Below, piece by piece: positions 1-9,905 of a stretch of DNA of 64,000 nt; position 1 is the first letter of the stretch, and every line of letters begins with the position of its first letter. The notes below the pieces were generated by a model. It worked only from the letters and a program-made list of their open reading frames with translations, ran no database searches and was not told where the DNA came from. Source of the DNA: Actinomycetota bacterium. Its GTDB lineage: Bacteria; Actinomycetota; Acidimicrobiia; Acidimicrobiales; JAJPHE01. The stretch covers positions 8,647 to 72,646 of the forward strand of contig JAJPHE010000010.1 in the NCBI GenBank assembly GCA_021325435.1, in the 5' to 3' direction. A program made the translations under genes and the position numbers.

Positions 1-399
1 GACCACGGCGACGTCGTCGACGCCATCGAGACCGCCCACCTGCTCACCCTCGGCCTGGCCTACGAGAAGTCGGGCCGGCTGGCCGGCAGCGCCTTCGAGC
101 CCATCCTCAAGAAGTGCGACGGCTTTCTCGACGCGCCCCTCCAGGACGCCTACCAGACCCGCCAGGCCCGGGCCCAGCGCCTCCTCGACGTGGCCAAGCA
201 GGTGAAGGCCGTCGAGGACGCCCTCAAGGCCCGGGGCTCCTGGCACTCCATGGCCCGCTACCAGATCATCAGCTACGCCAACCCCACCAAGCGGGCCCGC
301 AAGGCGGCGGACTTCGACAAGACGTTCGACAAGCTGTCCTCCGCTCTCGCAGACCTCGAGCGCAACCCCCAGAAGGTCCTCGGGGAGAGGGTCGAGTGA
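1..399 (+). CDS. 5'-truncated hypothetical protein (C-terminal part; possibly the tail of a ParB/Srx-domain protein)
   Basis: Frame +1 is open from base 1 (DHGDVVDAIETAHLLTLGLAYEKSGRLAGSAFEPILKKCDGFLD...) to TGA at 397-399 with high-GC3 codons. The family guess is from memory only. Confidence 0.6.
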   Translation, partial: DHGDVVDAIETAHLLTLGLAYEKSGRLAGSAFEPILKKCDGFLDAPLQDAYQTRQARAQRLLDVAKQVKAVEDALKARGSWHSMARYQIISYANPTKRARKAADFDKTFDKLSSALADLERNPQKVLGERVE

Positions 400-479
400 C
401 GGTCGTTGGTCACACCGCTTGACCGCAGGCCGGGGTTCTCGTTAGAGAGGTTTCGGACGATTGTGATGGGGAGGCGGCG

Positions 480-1709
480 ATGAGCACGGTCGAGGTGGCT
501 TTCAACCCGTTCGACCCGTCCTTCGGTCGCGACCCCTACCCTCAGTGGGCGGTCCTGCGCGACAACGACCCGGTCCATCAGACCCCCATCGGGTTCTGGC
601 TGCTCCTTCGCTACGACGACATCCACCGCTTCGTGCGCGACCCGGCTTTGAGCGTCGAGGAGCGCCACGCCAGCAACGCCCTCATCGACGCCATCATGGA
701 GCAGGCGCTGGGCGACCGTTACGCCGAGTTCCAGGACCGGGGCTCGAGGACGATGCTCAACCTCGACCCGCCCGATCACACCCGGCTGCGCCGGCTGGTC
801 AACAAGGCCTTCACCCCCCGGCGCATCGAGCAGCTCCGGCCCCGCATCCAACAGCTGGTCGACGAGGCCCTCGACCGGGTGGAGGCGGAAGGACGCCTGG
901 AGGTGATCGGCGACCTGGCCTTCCCCCTCCCGTTCGCCGTCATCAGCGAGATGCTCGGCATGCCCGACACCGACTCCGTGCAGCTGCGCGAGTGGTCAGG
1001 CACCCTGGTGCGGGGGCTGGAGCCCATCGTCGACCCCGAGCTGATCAACGCCATCGCCGACGCCGGCGACAACATGCGCAACCTGTGCTCGGAGGCCATC
1101 GCCTGGAAGCGGCAGAACCCGGCCGACGACCTGCTGACCGCCATGATCGCCGCCGAGGAGGCCGGCGACATGCTGACCGACGAGGAGCTCATCGAGCAGG
1201 TGATGCTGCTCTACATCGCCGGCCACGAGACCACCGTCAACCTGATCGGCAACGGCACCCTCGCCCTGCTGCGCAACCCGGACCAGCTGCGCCGGCTGGT
1301 GGAGGACCCCTCCCTCGACGTGAACGCCATCGAGGAGCTTCTCCGCTACGACCCGCCGGTGCAGATGACCCGGCGGATCACCCTCCAAGACGTCGAGGTG
1401 GGCGGCAAGACCATCGGGGCCGGCACCTTCGTGGCCTGCGTCATCGCCTCGGCCAACCGCGACCCGGCCCACTGGGGACCCGACGCCGACCGGCTCGACC
1501 TGTCGCGGCCGAACGCCAACCACCACCTGTCCTTCGGAGGGGGCGCCCACTACTGCCTGGGGGCGGCGCTGGCCCGGCTCGAGGCCCAGGTGGCCATCGG
1601 CACCCTGATCCGGCGCTTTCCCGGGCTCGAGCTGGCGGGGGAGCCGGAGTGGAACGGGCGGATGAACCTGCGGGGCAGAGCCAACGTGCCCGCGGTCTGG
1701 AGCAGCTGA
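480..1709 (+). CDS. Cytochrome P450
   Basis: AGHETT I-helix, EELLRYD (ExxR) and FGGGAHYCLG heme-ligand motif; SD GGGAGG upstream. Confidence 0.96.
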   Translation: MSTVEVAFNPFDPSFGRDPYPQWAVLRDNDPVHQTPIGFWLLLRYDDIHRFVRDPALSVEERHASNALIDAIMEQALGDRYAEFQDRGSRTMLNLDPPDHTRLRRLVNKAFTPRRIEQLRPRIQQLVDEALDRVEAEGRLEVIGDLAFPLPFAVISEMLGMPDTDSVQLREWSGTLVRGLEPIVDPELINAIADAGDNMRNLCSEAIAWKRQNPADDLLTAMIAAEEAGDMLTDEELIEQVMLLYIAGHETTVNLIGNGTLALLRNPDQLRRLVEDPSLDVNAIEELLRYDPPVQMTRRITLQDVEVGGKTIGAGTFVACVIASANRDPAHWGPDADRLDLSRPNANHHLSFGGGAHYCLGAALARLEAQVAIGTLIRRFPGLELAGEPEWNGRMNLRGRANVPAVWSS

Positions 1710-1745
1710 GCGGCTGAGCAGCGCCGGCGCCGGTCGGGCCGGCCC

Positions 1746-3158
1746 TCAGGCGAACCAGGAACGCAACCGGGCCTTCTCCACCTTGCCCATGGTGTTGCGG
1801 GGAAGCGACTCGGCCACCTGCACCCGCTTGGGCACCTTGAACCCGGCCAGGTGGCGCCTCGCCTCCGCCCGCAGGGCGTCGGGCTGAAGTTCGGCGCCCG
1901 GCTCCGCCACCACCACGGCCACGACCGCCTCGCCCAGATCGGGGTCGGGCACACCGATCACCGCCGACTCGGCCACGCCCGGCAGGGAGTCGAGCACCTC
2001 CTCCACCTCCTTGGGGTAGACGTTGAGCCCACCCGAGATGACCAGGTCCTTCGACCGGCCGACCAGGTGCAGGTAGCCATCGGCGTCGAGCCGGCCGAGG
2101 TCGCCGGTGCGGAAGAAGCCGTCGGAGGTGAACTCGGCCGCCGACGGGCGCTTCCAGTAGCCCCTGAACACGTTGGGCCCCCGCACCTCGACGTCGCCCA
2201 CCTCCCCCGGCCCGACGGCGGCGCCCTCTTGGGTGATGCGGACCTGCACTCCGGGCAGGGGACGCCCGACGCTGCCGGGACGACGTTCGCCGTCGAGCGG
2301 GTTGGAGCTGATCATGGTCGTCTCGGTCATCCCGTAGCGCTCGAGGATGACGTGGCCGGTCCGGCGGCGGAACTCCTCGTGGGTCGCCGGTGACAGTGGC
2401 GCCGAGCCGGAGACGAACAGCCGCATGCGGCGGCAGCGGTCGGCGTCGAGTCGATCGTCCGCCAGCAGCCGGGTGTAGAACGTGGGGACGCCCATGAACA
2501 CGGTCGCCTCGGGGAGGCGCTCGAGCACCATGTCGACGTCGAAGCGGGGGAGGAAGATCATCCCGGTGCCGTTGGCCAGCACACAGTTCACCGCCACGAA
2601 CAGGCCGTGGGCATGGAAGACGGGCAGGGCGTGGAGGAGCACGTCGTCGGGGCGGAACCCCCACGCCTGGTGCAGCGCCCTGGCGTTGGAGGCCAGGTTG
2701 TGATGGGTGAGCATGGCGCCCTTGGGCCGACCGGTCGTGCCGCTGGTGTAGAGGATGGCGGCCACGTCGTCCGGGCCCACCCCGACGTCGTCGAAGTGGT
2801 CGGCATGACCGGCCGCCTCGGCGAGGAGATCGTCGGTGGGTGGCCGCACGACGACCGCCGGTTCGGCGTCATCGATCAGGTAGGCCACCTCCTCGGCCGT
2901 GTAGGCGGTGTTCATCGGCAGGAACACCAGCCCGGCCCGCAGGCAGGCGAAATAGAGGAGCACAGCCAGCGGCGACTTCTCGATCTGCACGGCGACCCGG
3001 TCGCCGGGCCTAGCGCCCCGGGCGGCGAGCAGGTTGGCCAGCTGCGCCGACCGGCGCTCGGCGTCGCCATAGGTGACGACGGTGCCGTCGACCAGAGTCA
3101 GCAGGGCGGTGACGTCGGGCGGGCGTCGCTCGGCGAACAGCGCCAGCAACGTCTCCAC
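1746..3158 (-). CDS. matB: Malonyl-CoA synthetase-like acyl-CoA ligase
   Basis: YTSGTTGRPKG AMP-binding loop plus LPVFHAHGLF, FMGVPTFYTRLL, ERYGMTET, SNPLDGERRPGSVG and GKVEK, a pattern typical of MatB. Confidence 0.85.
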   Translation of the reverse strand: METLLALFAERRPPDVTALLTLVDGTVVTYGDAERRSAQLANLLAARGARPGDRVAVQIEKSPLAVLLYFACLRAGLVFLPMNTAYTAEEVAYLIDDAEPAVVVRPPTDDLLAEAAGHADHFDDVGVGPDDVAAILYTSGTTGRPKGAMLTHHNLASNARALHQAWGFRPDDVLLHALPVFHAHGLFVAVNCVLANGTGMIFLPRFDVDMVLERLPEATVFMGVPTFYTRLLADDRLDADRCRRMRLFVSGSAPLSPATHEEFRRRTGHVILERYGMTETTMISSNPLDGERRPGSVGRPLPGVQVRITQEGAAVGPGEVGDVEVRGPNVFRGYWKRPSAAEFTSDGFFRTGDLGRLDADGYLHLVGRSKDLVISGGLNVYPKEVEEVLDSLPGVAESAVIGVPDPDLGEAVVAVVVAEPGAELQPDALRAEARRHLAGFKVPKRVQVAESLPRNTMGKVEKARLRSWFA

Positions 3159-3169
3159 GGGGTCAGTGT

Positions 3170-4360
3170 ATGAGCGGGCCGGCCGGGCGCCCCCTGGAGG
3201 ACGTGAGAGTGATCGACCTCACCGTGGCCCGGGCCGGGCCGACCTGCGTACGGCAGCTGGCTGACTGGGGCGCCGACGTGGTGCGGATCGAGCCGCCCGG
3301 CCTACCGGCCGGCGCCGGCCTGGTCGATGACCGCCGCCACACCTCCGACTTTCAGAACCTTCACCGCAACAAGCGGTGTTTGACCCTCGACCTGAAGCAG
3401 GAGGAAGGCCGCCAGATCCTGTGGCGACTGGTGGACTCGGCCGACGTCGTCGTGGAGAACATGCGCCCGCCGGTGAAGAGCCGGCTCGGCTTCGACTACG
3501 AGACTCTGCGGGCCCGCAACCCGCGCATCGTCTACGGGTCGATCTCCGGGTTCGGCCAGGACGGCCCTTACCGCCAGCGGGGCGGGGTCGACCAGATCGC
3601 CCAGGGCATGGGCGGGCTGATGAGCGTCACCGGCCTGCCCGGCACCGAGCCGACCCGGGTGGGCATACCGGTGTCCGACCTGGCCGCCGGGCTGTACCTG
3701 GCCATCGGCATCCTCGCCGCCCTCCACGAACGGCAGCGGACGGGTGAGGGCCAGTGGGTGCGCACGTCGCTGCTGGAGGCGATGATCGCCATGATGGACT
3801 TCCAGGCCGCCCGCTGGACGGTCGACGGCGACGTGCCCGGCCAGGAGGGGAACCATCATCCGACGATCGTCCCCATGGGTTGCTTCGCCACCGCCGACGG
3901 CCACCTCAACGTGGGCGGGCCGGGCGGGCGGCTGCTGCGCAACTTCTGCAAGGTGATCGGGCTGCCCGACCTGCCGGCCGACCCTCGCTTCGACTCGACG
4001 GCCAAGCGGTCGGCCAACCGGGCGGAGCTGAACGCCTTGGTCGGCGAGCGGCTCCTCACCCGCACCACGGCGGAGTGGGTGGAGGAGCTGAACGCCGCCG
4101 GCGTGCCCGCCGGTCCCGTCTACCGGATGGACGAGGTGTTCACCGACCCCCAGGTGGAGCACCTCGACATGGTGAGCGAGGTGGTGCATCCGGTTCTCGG
4201 CCCTCTCCGCCTCATCCGCAACCCGGTCACCTCGACCGGCGCCGGGCCCAGCGTCAGGGGGCCGAGCCCCGAGCCGGGCCAGCAGACAGACGAGATCCTC
4301 CGCCAGGTGGGTCTGGGCGACGAAGACCTCGAACGGCTGCGCAGCCGGCGGGTCATCTGA
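3170..4360 (+). CDS. Family III (CaiB/BaiF) CoA-transferase
   Basis: VRVIDL...AGPTC...LADWGADVVRIE, HRNKR, ENMRP and PVSDLAAG with the catalytic Asp. Confidence 0.92.
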   Translation: MSGPAGRPLEDVRVIDLTVARAGPTCVRQLADWGADVVRIEPPGLPAGAGLVDDRRHTSDFQNLHRNKRCLTLDLKQEEGRQILWRLVDSADVVVENMRPPVKSRLGFDYETLRARNPRIVYGSISGFGQDGPYRQRGGVDQIAQGMGGLMSVTGLPGTEPTRVGIPVSDLAAGLYLAIGILAALHERQRTGEGQWVRTSLLEAMIAMMDFQAARWTVDGDVPGQEGNHHPTIVPMGCFATADGHLNVGGPGGRLLRNFCKVIGLPDLPADPRFDSTAKRSANRAELNALVGERLLTRTTAEWVEELNAAGVPAGPVYRMDEVFTDPQVEHLDMVSEVVHPVLGPLRLIRNPVTSTGAGPSVRGPSPEPGQQTDEILRQVGLGDEDLERLRSRRVI

Positions 4361-4368
4361 AAGGGGCG

Positions 4369-5178
4369 GTGGTGGACACAGTCTTGGACACCGGAACCGA
4401 CAAGCTTCTCGCCCACGTCGAGGACGGCATCGGCTGGATCACGTTCAACGACCCCGCCACCCGCAACTCCCTGTCGGCCGAGGTGCGGGCCGCCCTGCCC
4501 CGGGCGCTGCGGGCCCTGGCCGGCGACGACGCCGCCCGGGTGGTGGTAGTGACCGGGGCGGGGGGCAAGGCGTTCGTGTCGGGCGCCAACATCGCCGAGT
4601 TCGGCGAGCAGCGCACCACTCCCGAGGCCCGGGCCGCCTACGACCGGGCCTCGGCCGACACGGCCCGGGCCTGGTCGGAGCTGGAGAAGCCGGTCATCGC
4701 CATGATCCGGGGCTACTGCATCGGCGGCGGGCTGCTCATGGCCATGCAGGCCGACATCCGCATCGCCTCGGAGGACAGCCAGTTCGGCATACCGGCCGCC
4801 CGCCTCGGGCTGGGCTACGGCTTCGGTGGCGTGGCCGCCCTGTTGGAGCTCGTCGGCCCCGCCTTGGCCGCCGAGATGCTGTACTCCGCCCGCCGCCTAA
4901 GCGCGGCCGAGGCCCTCCACGCCGGGCTGGTCAACCGGGTGGTGCCCAGCGATCAGCTCGAGGATCAGGTGAGGGCGCTGGCCCGCCAGATCGCGGCCAA
5001 CGCCCCGCTGACCGTGCGGGCGTGCAAGGTCGCTCTCACCGAGGCCCGCCGCGAGCCCGAACGGCGCGATGTCGACCGGGTGCACGAGCTCGTCGAAGAG
5101 TGCTTCCGCTCGGAGGACTACCTCGAGGGCCAGCGTGCGTTCCTCGAGAAGCGCGATCCCCGCTTCACCGGCCGCTGA
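4369..5178 (+). CDS. Enoyl-CoA hydratase/isomerase (crotonase family)
   Basis: GTG start re-picked at 4369; AFVSGANIAEF, GYCIGGG, DIRIAS, PAARLGLGY and SEDYLEG...FLEKR. Confidence 0.9.
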   Translation: MVDTVLDTGTDKLLAHVEDGIGWITFNDPATRNSLSAEVRAALPRALRALAGDDAARVVVVTGAGGKAFVSGANIAEFGEQRTTPEARAAYDRASADTARAWSELEKPVIAMIRGYCIGGGLLMAMQADIRIASEDSQFGIPAARLGLGYGFGGVAALLELVGPALAAEMLYSARRLSAAEALHAGLVNRVVPSDQLEDQVRALARQIAANAPLTVRACKVALTEARREPERRDVDRVHELVEECFRSEDYLEGQRAFLEKRDPRFTGR

Positions 5179-5190
5179 GAGGAGGGTGGG

Positions 5191-6732
5191 GTGAACGGCG
5201 CCGAAAGCGCGCTACGCACGGCGGCCCACGCCGGAATCGACGTGTGCTTCGCCAACCCGGGCACGACCGAGCTCCCCTTCGTGGCCGCCCTCGAGGCGGT
5301 GGGCGCCATCCGCCCGGTGCTCGGACTGTTCGAAGGGGTGTGCACCGGAGCGGCCGACGGTTACGGGCGCATGACCGGGCGCCCGGCGCTCACCCTGCTG
5401 CACCTCGGCCCTGGCTTGGCCAACGGGTTGGCCAACCTGCACAACGCCCGCCGGGCCCGCACGCCGGTGGTCAACCTGGTGGGAGACCACGCCACCTGGC
5501 ACCTGGCGGCCGACCCGCCCCTGGCCTCTGACATCACCTCGTTGGCCCGAACGGTGTCGACGTTCGTCCGCACCACCCGTTCGGCGTCCGAGCTCAGCGG
5601 CGACGTGGCCGCCGCGGTCGCCGCCGCCTGCGAGCCGCCTGGTGGTGTCGCCACCCTGGTGGTGCCGGCCGACTGCCAGTGGGAGGAGGCGCCCGGTCCC
5701 CCCGCCACCCCGTCGCCGGCCACCGGCCCGGCCCCGGTATCAGAAGATGCGGTAGGAGTGGCGGCCAAGCTCCTCACCGGGGGGAGCGCCGTGCTCCTGC
5801 TGGGCGGGCCCGCCCTCCACCGCCCTGGCTTGATGGCCGCCGGGCGGGTGGCCCGGGCGACGGGCTGCCGCCTCATCAGCGAAGGGTTCCCGGCCCGCAT
5901 GGAGCGGGGCGCGGGGCTTCCGCCGGTGGAGCGGATGGGCTACTTCCCCGAGCAGGTCCTCGGCCAGCTGTCCGGGGTGACCGGCATCGTCCTGGCCGGC
6001 GCCGCCGCCCCCGTCGCCTTCTTCGGCTACCCCAGCCAGCCCAGCAGCCTGGTCCCGACCGGGGCCGACGTCTGTGTTCTCGCCTCGCCCGACCAGGAGG
6101 TGGTGGGCGGGCTGGAGGCGCTGGCCGACGCCCTCGACGCCCCGAATACCGGCCTCACCGCCGAGCTGGCGCGGCCGGAACGGCCCACCGGCGAGTTGTC
6201 CGTCGCCACCCTCGGCGCCACCGTGGCCCACCTGCTGCCGGAGGGAGCGGTGGTGGTGGACGAGGCCGCCACCTCCGGCGTCGGCTACCACCACCTGTCG
6301 GCCACCGCCGCCCCCCACACCTGCCTGGGGTTGACCGGCGGAGCCATCGGGCAGGGCCTACCCGTCGCCACCGGGGCGGCGCTGGCCTGTCCGGACCGAC
6401 CCGTCGTCGCCCTCCAGGCCGACGGCAGCGCCGCCTACACCCTGCAGGCGCTGTGGACCCAGGCCCGCCAGAGCCTCGATGTCACCACCGTGCTGTGCAA
6501 CAACCGCAGCTACCGCATCCTCCAGATCGAGATGGCCCGGTCCGGCCTGGCCCCCGACCGGGAGGCCCCGGCCGGCCTGACCGACCTGAGTCACCCCGAC
6601 ATCGGCTGGGCCCGGCTGGCCGAGGGCTTCGGCGTGCCGGCGGTCAGCGTCGACTCCGCCGACGGGCTGTGCCGCCACCTGGAGGCGGCGCTGGGCGAGG
6701 GCGGCCCCCATCTCATCGAGGCCCGCCTCTGA
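5191..6732 (+). CDS. Thiamine-diphosphate enzyme (acetolactate synthase large subunit-like/decarboxylase)
   Basis: FANPGTTE, EGVCTGAADGY, LHLGPGLANG and the TPP motif ADGSAAYT...CNN. Confidence 0.9.
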   Translation: MNGAESALRTAAHAGIDVCFANPGTTELPFVAALEAVGAIRPVLGLFEGVCTGAADGYGRMTGRPALTLLHLGPGLANGLANLHNARRARTPVVNLVGDHATWHLAADPPLASDITSLARTVSTFVRTTRSASELSGDVAAAVAAACEPPGGVATLVVPADCQWEEAPGPPATPSPATGPAPVSEDAVGVAAKLLTGGSAVLLLGGPALHRPGLMAAGRVARATGCRLISEGFPARMERGAGLPPVERMGYFPEQVLGQLSGVTGIVLAGAAAPVAFFGYPSQPSSLVPTGADVCVLASPDQEVVGGLEALADALDAPNTGLTAELARPERPTGELSVATLGATVAHLLPEGAVVVDEAATSGVGYHHLSATAAPHTCLGLTGGAIGQGLPVATGAALACPDRPVVALQADGSAAYTLQALWTQARQSLDVTTVLCNNRSYRILQIEMARSGLAPDREAPAGLTDLSHPDIGWARLAEGFGVPAVSVDSADGLCRHLEAALGEGGPHLIEARL

Positions 6733-6743
6733 TCGAGGCTCGG

Positions 6744-7037
6744 TCAGGCCGAGTCGACCTGCGAGCGGGTCATCGGCAACGCGACCAGCCCGGTCTCGCG
6801 GCTCATGTCCTCGTAGCGGGCCAGCCGGCCCGAGATCTGCCGGGCCGCCAACCGCTCGGACCGGACCGCCCGCTCCACGGCGTCGGCCACGTCGGCCGGG
6901 CCCTCCAGGAGCCGCACCCCGGTATGGGCCCGCGGGGCCGGCATGGGCCGCACCCGGCGTTTGGCCCGAAGGCGGAGCAAGGCCACCGCCATCACCAGCA
7001 GAACGAAGCCCGATCCCCCTCCGATAGCCCACCTCAT
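6744..7037 (-). CDS. Small hypothetical protein with N-terminal membrane anchor
   Basis: ATG at 7037 preceded by GGAGG; hydrophobic N-terminus (MRWAIGGGSGFVLLVMAVALL). Confidence 0.5.
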   Translation of the reverse strand: MRWAIGGGSGFVLLVMAVALLRLRAKRRVRPMPAPRAHTGVRLLEGPADVADAVERAVRSERLAARQISGRLARYEDMSRETGLVALPMTRSQVDSA

Positions 7038-7163
7038 GGGACCCCTCCCCTTCACCGACGCGTCGATCAGCGGCGGGATCCCTTTATGCCCTCACGGCCG
7101 GCCCGCCGCAAGGGTCAAGAGTCCCGCGGCTACCGGAAGCTTCGGTAAGGCGAAGAGCGCGCT

Positions 7164-7574
7164 TTACGTAATGAAGCCCAGCTCGCGCCGGATCTGGGCG
7201 TAGAGGTTGACCAGCCGGCCGGCCGAGGTGCCGGCGACGAGGGTGTGGGTGGCGACCGTCTGGGTGGCGGCGCCGATGCGCAGCATGAGCTCGACGAAGC
7301 TCTCCTGGCGGCGGAGCCGGTCGAGGTCCTCGCGGTGTCCCTCGACGAGGAAGTACCCGATCACGTCGTTCATGGGGCCGTCGGCAAAGAAGTAGGGGCG
7401 GAAGCCGGCGATGTCCTCGTCGGCCAGCAGGCGACCGAGATAGCGCGACAAGGCGGTGAACAGCTCCACCGCCAGCGCCTCGCGGCCGGGGATCACCGGG
7501 CCGAACGAGATCATCAGGGCCCCGTCGACATGGGTCGGCTCGGTGTCGAATTCGATGACGTCGTCGTCGGTCAT
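7164..7574 (-). CDS. Hypothetical protein (136 aa)
   Basis: SD GGAG, protein-like composition and high-GC3 codons. Confidence 0.7.
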   Translation of the reverse strand: MTDDDVIEFDTEPTHVDGALMISFGPVIPGREALAVELFTALSRYLGRLLADEDIAGFRPYFFADGPMNDVIGYFLVEGHREDLDRLRRQESFVELMLRIGAATQTVATHTLVAGTSAGRLVNLYAQIRRELGFIT

Positions 7575-7630
7575 GGCCGACAGTCTCCTCCGCCGGCGGC
7601 CGGCGTGCGGGGCGGCGCTACCGTGCGCCG

Positions 7631-8446
7631 ATGCAACCGCAAGGAAAGGTGGCCGTGGTCACCGGGGGCGCCAGCGGCATCGGGGCGGCGCTGTGCCGGG
7701 CCCTGGCGGAGCGGGGCGCGGCCGTGGTGGTGGTGGCCGACCGCGACGGAGCCGGCGCCGAGCGGGTGGCGGCCGACATATCAGCGGGCGGGGTGACGGT
7801 CGAGGCGGCGGCCCTCGACGTCTCGGTCGCCTCAGAGGTGCAGTCGCTGGTTGCCGACGTCGAGCGCCAGCACGGTCGCATCGACCTGTTCTGCGCCAAC
7901 GCCGGCATCATGGTCGCCGGCGGCGTCGAAACGCCCGATGCCGACTGGAACCGGATCTGGGCGGTGAACGTGATGAGTCACGTCTACGCCGCCCGCTACG
8001 CCCTGCCCGGCATGGTCGCCCGGGGCGAGGGCTACCTGGTGCACACCGCCTCGGCGGCCGGGCTGCTCACCCAGCTGGGGGCGGCGCCCTACAGCGTCAC
8101 CAAGCACGCCGCCGTGGCCCTGGCCGAATGGCTGCGCGTCACCTACGCCCACACCGGGGTCAAGGTGTCCTGCCTCTGCCCGCAGGCGGTGCGGACCAAC
8201 CTGGTGCCGGGATTGTCGGACCGCCCCGTCGCCCCCGCCGAGCCCGGGGGCGCGTCCCAGGCCGCCCGCGACGGCATCCTCGAGCCCGAGGTGGTCGCCG
8301 ACGCCGTCCTCGCCGCCATCGCCGAGGAGCGCTTCCTCATCCTCCCCCACCCCGAGGTGGCCACCTACGAGCAGCGACGGGCCGCCGACCGCGACCGCTG
8401 GCTGGCCGGCATGGCGCGACTCGTTCCTCCGCCCCCCGCCACCTGA
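7631..8446 (+). CDS. Short-chain dehydrogenase/reductase
   Basis: TGGASGIG, NAG and YSVTK (YxxxK). Confidence 0.93.
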   Translation: MQPQGKVAVVTGGASGIGAALCRALAERGAAVVVVADRDGAGAERVAADISAGGVTVEAAALDVSVASEVQSLVADVERQHGRIDLFCANAGIMVAGGVETPDADWNRIWAVNVMSHVYAARYALPGMVARGEGYLVHTASAAGLLTQLGAAPYSVTKHAAVALAEWLRVTYAHTGVKVSCLCPQAVRTNLVPGLSDRPVAPAEPGGASQAARDGILEPEVVADAVLAAIAEERFLILPHPEVATYEQRRAADRDRWLAGMARLVPPPPAT

Positions 8447-8459
8447 GCCGTCCCCGAAC

Positions 8460-8864
8460 CTACGGCCACGACCGCCAGCCGGCGACGTCGAGGGCGATGA
8501 CCGGCCCGGGCATGGGCACCCGGCGGTACTGCTCGTATTTGTCAGTGAGGGCCCGGCGGGCGGCTTCCTCCTCCCCCGGGTCGGTCACCACCCGGGCCCG
8601 GCAGTCGAGGCGGACCCACCACAAGGCCGACCAGTCCTCCTCGTAGTGGTCGACGAGGAGCGTCGCCTCGGGTCGGTCGGCGATGTTGCGCACCCGGCGC
8701 AGCTCGAAGGTCGACTTCGGCTTGGCGTCCACGGCGGTGTAGACGGCGTCGGCGACGAGAGCGAAGCAGCAGGGCACCAGGTGGGGCTGCCCGGTCGGCC
8801 CGGTCGTGCCGAGCCGGCCGACGCGGGCCTCGGCGACCAGCCGGCGGGCGAGGGCCAAGTCCAT
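8460..8864 (-). CDS. PPOX-class (pyridoxamine 5'-phosphate oxidase-like) putative F420-dependent oxidoreductase, Rv0121-like
   Basis: ATG at 8864; GRLGT...PHLVP, AVDAKPK, RRVRNI and DHYEEDWSALWWVR. Confidence 0.85.
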   Translation of the reverse strand: MDLALARRLVAEARVGRLGTTGPTGQPHLVPCCFALVADAVYTAVDAKPKSTFELRRVRNIADRPEATLLVDHYEEDWSALWWVRLDCRARVVTDPGEEEAARRALTDKYEQYRRVPMPGPVIALDVAGWRSWP

Positions 8865-8906
8865 CGGCCCATCCTCTCTCGCGGCGGGCGGGCTACGTTC
8901 GGCCCC

Positions 8907-9770
8907 ATGCGCTTCGGCATCCTCTACGCCAACACCGGCCACGCCGTCACCCCCGAGGGCGCCACCGCCCTCGCCACCATCGCCGAGGAGAACGGCTTCG
9001 AGTCGCTCTGGACCGTCGAGCACGTGGTCGTGCCGGCCGACTACCAGTCCGCCTACCCCTACTCCCCGACCGGCAAGATGCCCGGCGCCGAGGAGAGCCC
9101 CATCCCCGACCCGCTCATCTGGCTCACGTGGGTGGCCGCCGCCACCCGGACCCTGCGGGTGGCGACCGGCATCCTCATCCTTCCCCAGCGCAACCCGGTG
9201 GTGCTGGCCAAGGAGCTGGCCACCCTCGACATGCTGTCCGGCGGGCGGCTGACCCTCGGGGTCGGCGTGGGCTGGCTGCGGGAGGAGTTCGACGCCCTCG
9301 GCGTGCCCTTCGACGACCGGGGCCGGCGGACCGACGAGCACATCGAGGTGCTGCGGGCGCTGTGGCGCGAGCCGGAGACCACCTACCGGGGCGACTTCGT
9401 CCGCCTCGACCGGGTCAAGAGCTACCCGAAGCCGGCCCAGGCCGGCGGCATTCCGATCGCCGTCGGCGGGCACAGCCCGGCGGCCGCCCGACGGGCCGGC
9501 CGGCTGGGTGACGAGTTCTTCCCGGCGGTCGCCGGTCTCGACCAGCTCCGCCACCTCGTCGACGTGATGCGGGCGGCGGCCGAGGAGGCCGGGCGCGACC
9601 CCGCCAGCATCGGCATCACCGCCGGCGGGGCCCCGAGCGTCGAGGAGGTCAAACGGCTGGCGGACCTGGGCGTCACCCGCATGGTGATCCCCAACCTCGG
9701 GGGCGACCCCGACAAGTGGAAGGCCCGCCTCGGCTCCTTCTCCGAGACGGTCATCGCCGCCGTCGGCTGA
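8907..9770 (+). CDS. LLM-class F420-dependent oxidoreductase (Rv2161c-like)
   Basis: ATG at 8907; GFESLWTVEHVVVP, DPLIWL, RNPVVLAKELATLD and GVGWLREEF. Confidence 0.88.
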   Translation: MRFGILYANTGHAVTPEGATALATIAEENGFESLWTVEHVVVPADYQSAYPYSPTGKMPGAEESPIPDPLIWLTWVAAATRTLRVATGILILPQRNPVVLAKELATLDMLSGGRLTLGVGVGWLREEFDALGVPFDDRGRRTDEHIEVLRALWREPETTYRGDFVRLDRVKSYPKPAQAGGIPIAVGGHSPAAARRAGRLGDEFFPAVAGLDQLRHLVDVMRAAAEEAGRDPASIGITAGGAPSVEEVKRLADLGVTRMVIPNLGGDPDKWKARLGSFSETVIAAVG

Positions 9771-9829
9771 CCCGCCTCCCCGGCCCCGGCGACCCTCCGT
9801 CACACCCGGCCGCCTCGCCGGTTGAGGTC

Positions 9830-9864
9830 GGGTGGAGACCGGATCCACCCGGGGATCCACCCGG
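9830..9864. promoter_or_regulatory. Repeated TCCACCC boxes (one inverted, two direct); candidate response-regulator binding site
   Basis: GGGTGGA at 9830-9836, then GGATCCACCCGG twice in tandem (9841-9852, 9853-9864), upstream of a membrane protein/two-component operon. Confidence 0.55.
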
Positions 9865-9905
9865 GGGCCGATGCCAGCCCGGTGCCGTCGGCGGACACTC
9901 AGGGC

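Noticed and set aside
419-448. Housekeeping sigma promoter for the P450
   Set aside because: TTGACC is present but the -10 (TTAGAG/TAGAGA) is a poor match.
7131-7147. TACCG-GAAGCTT-CGGTA hairpin
   Set aside because: Short 5-bp stem without a U-tract; it may be a weak terminator but is not distinguishable from chance.
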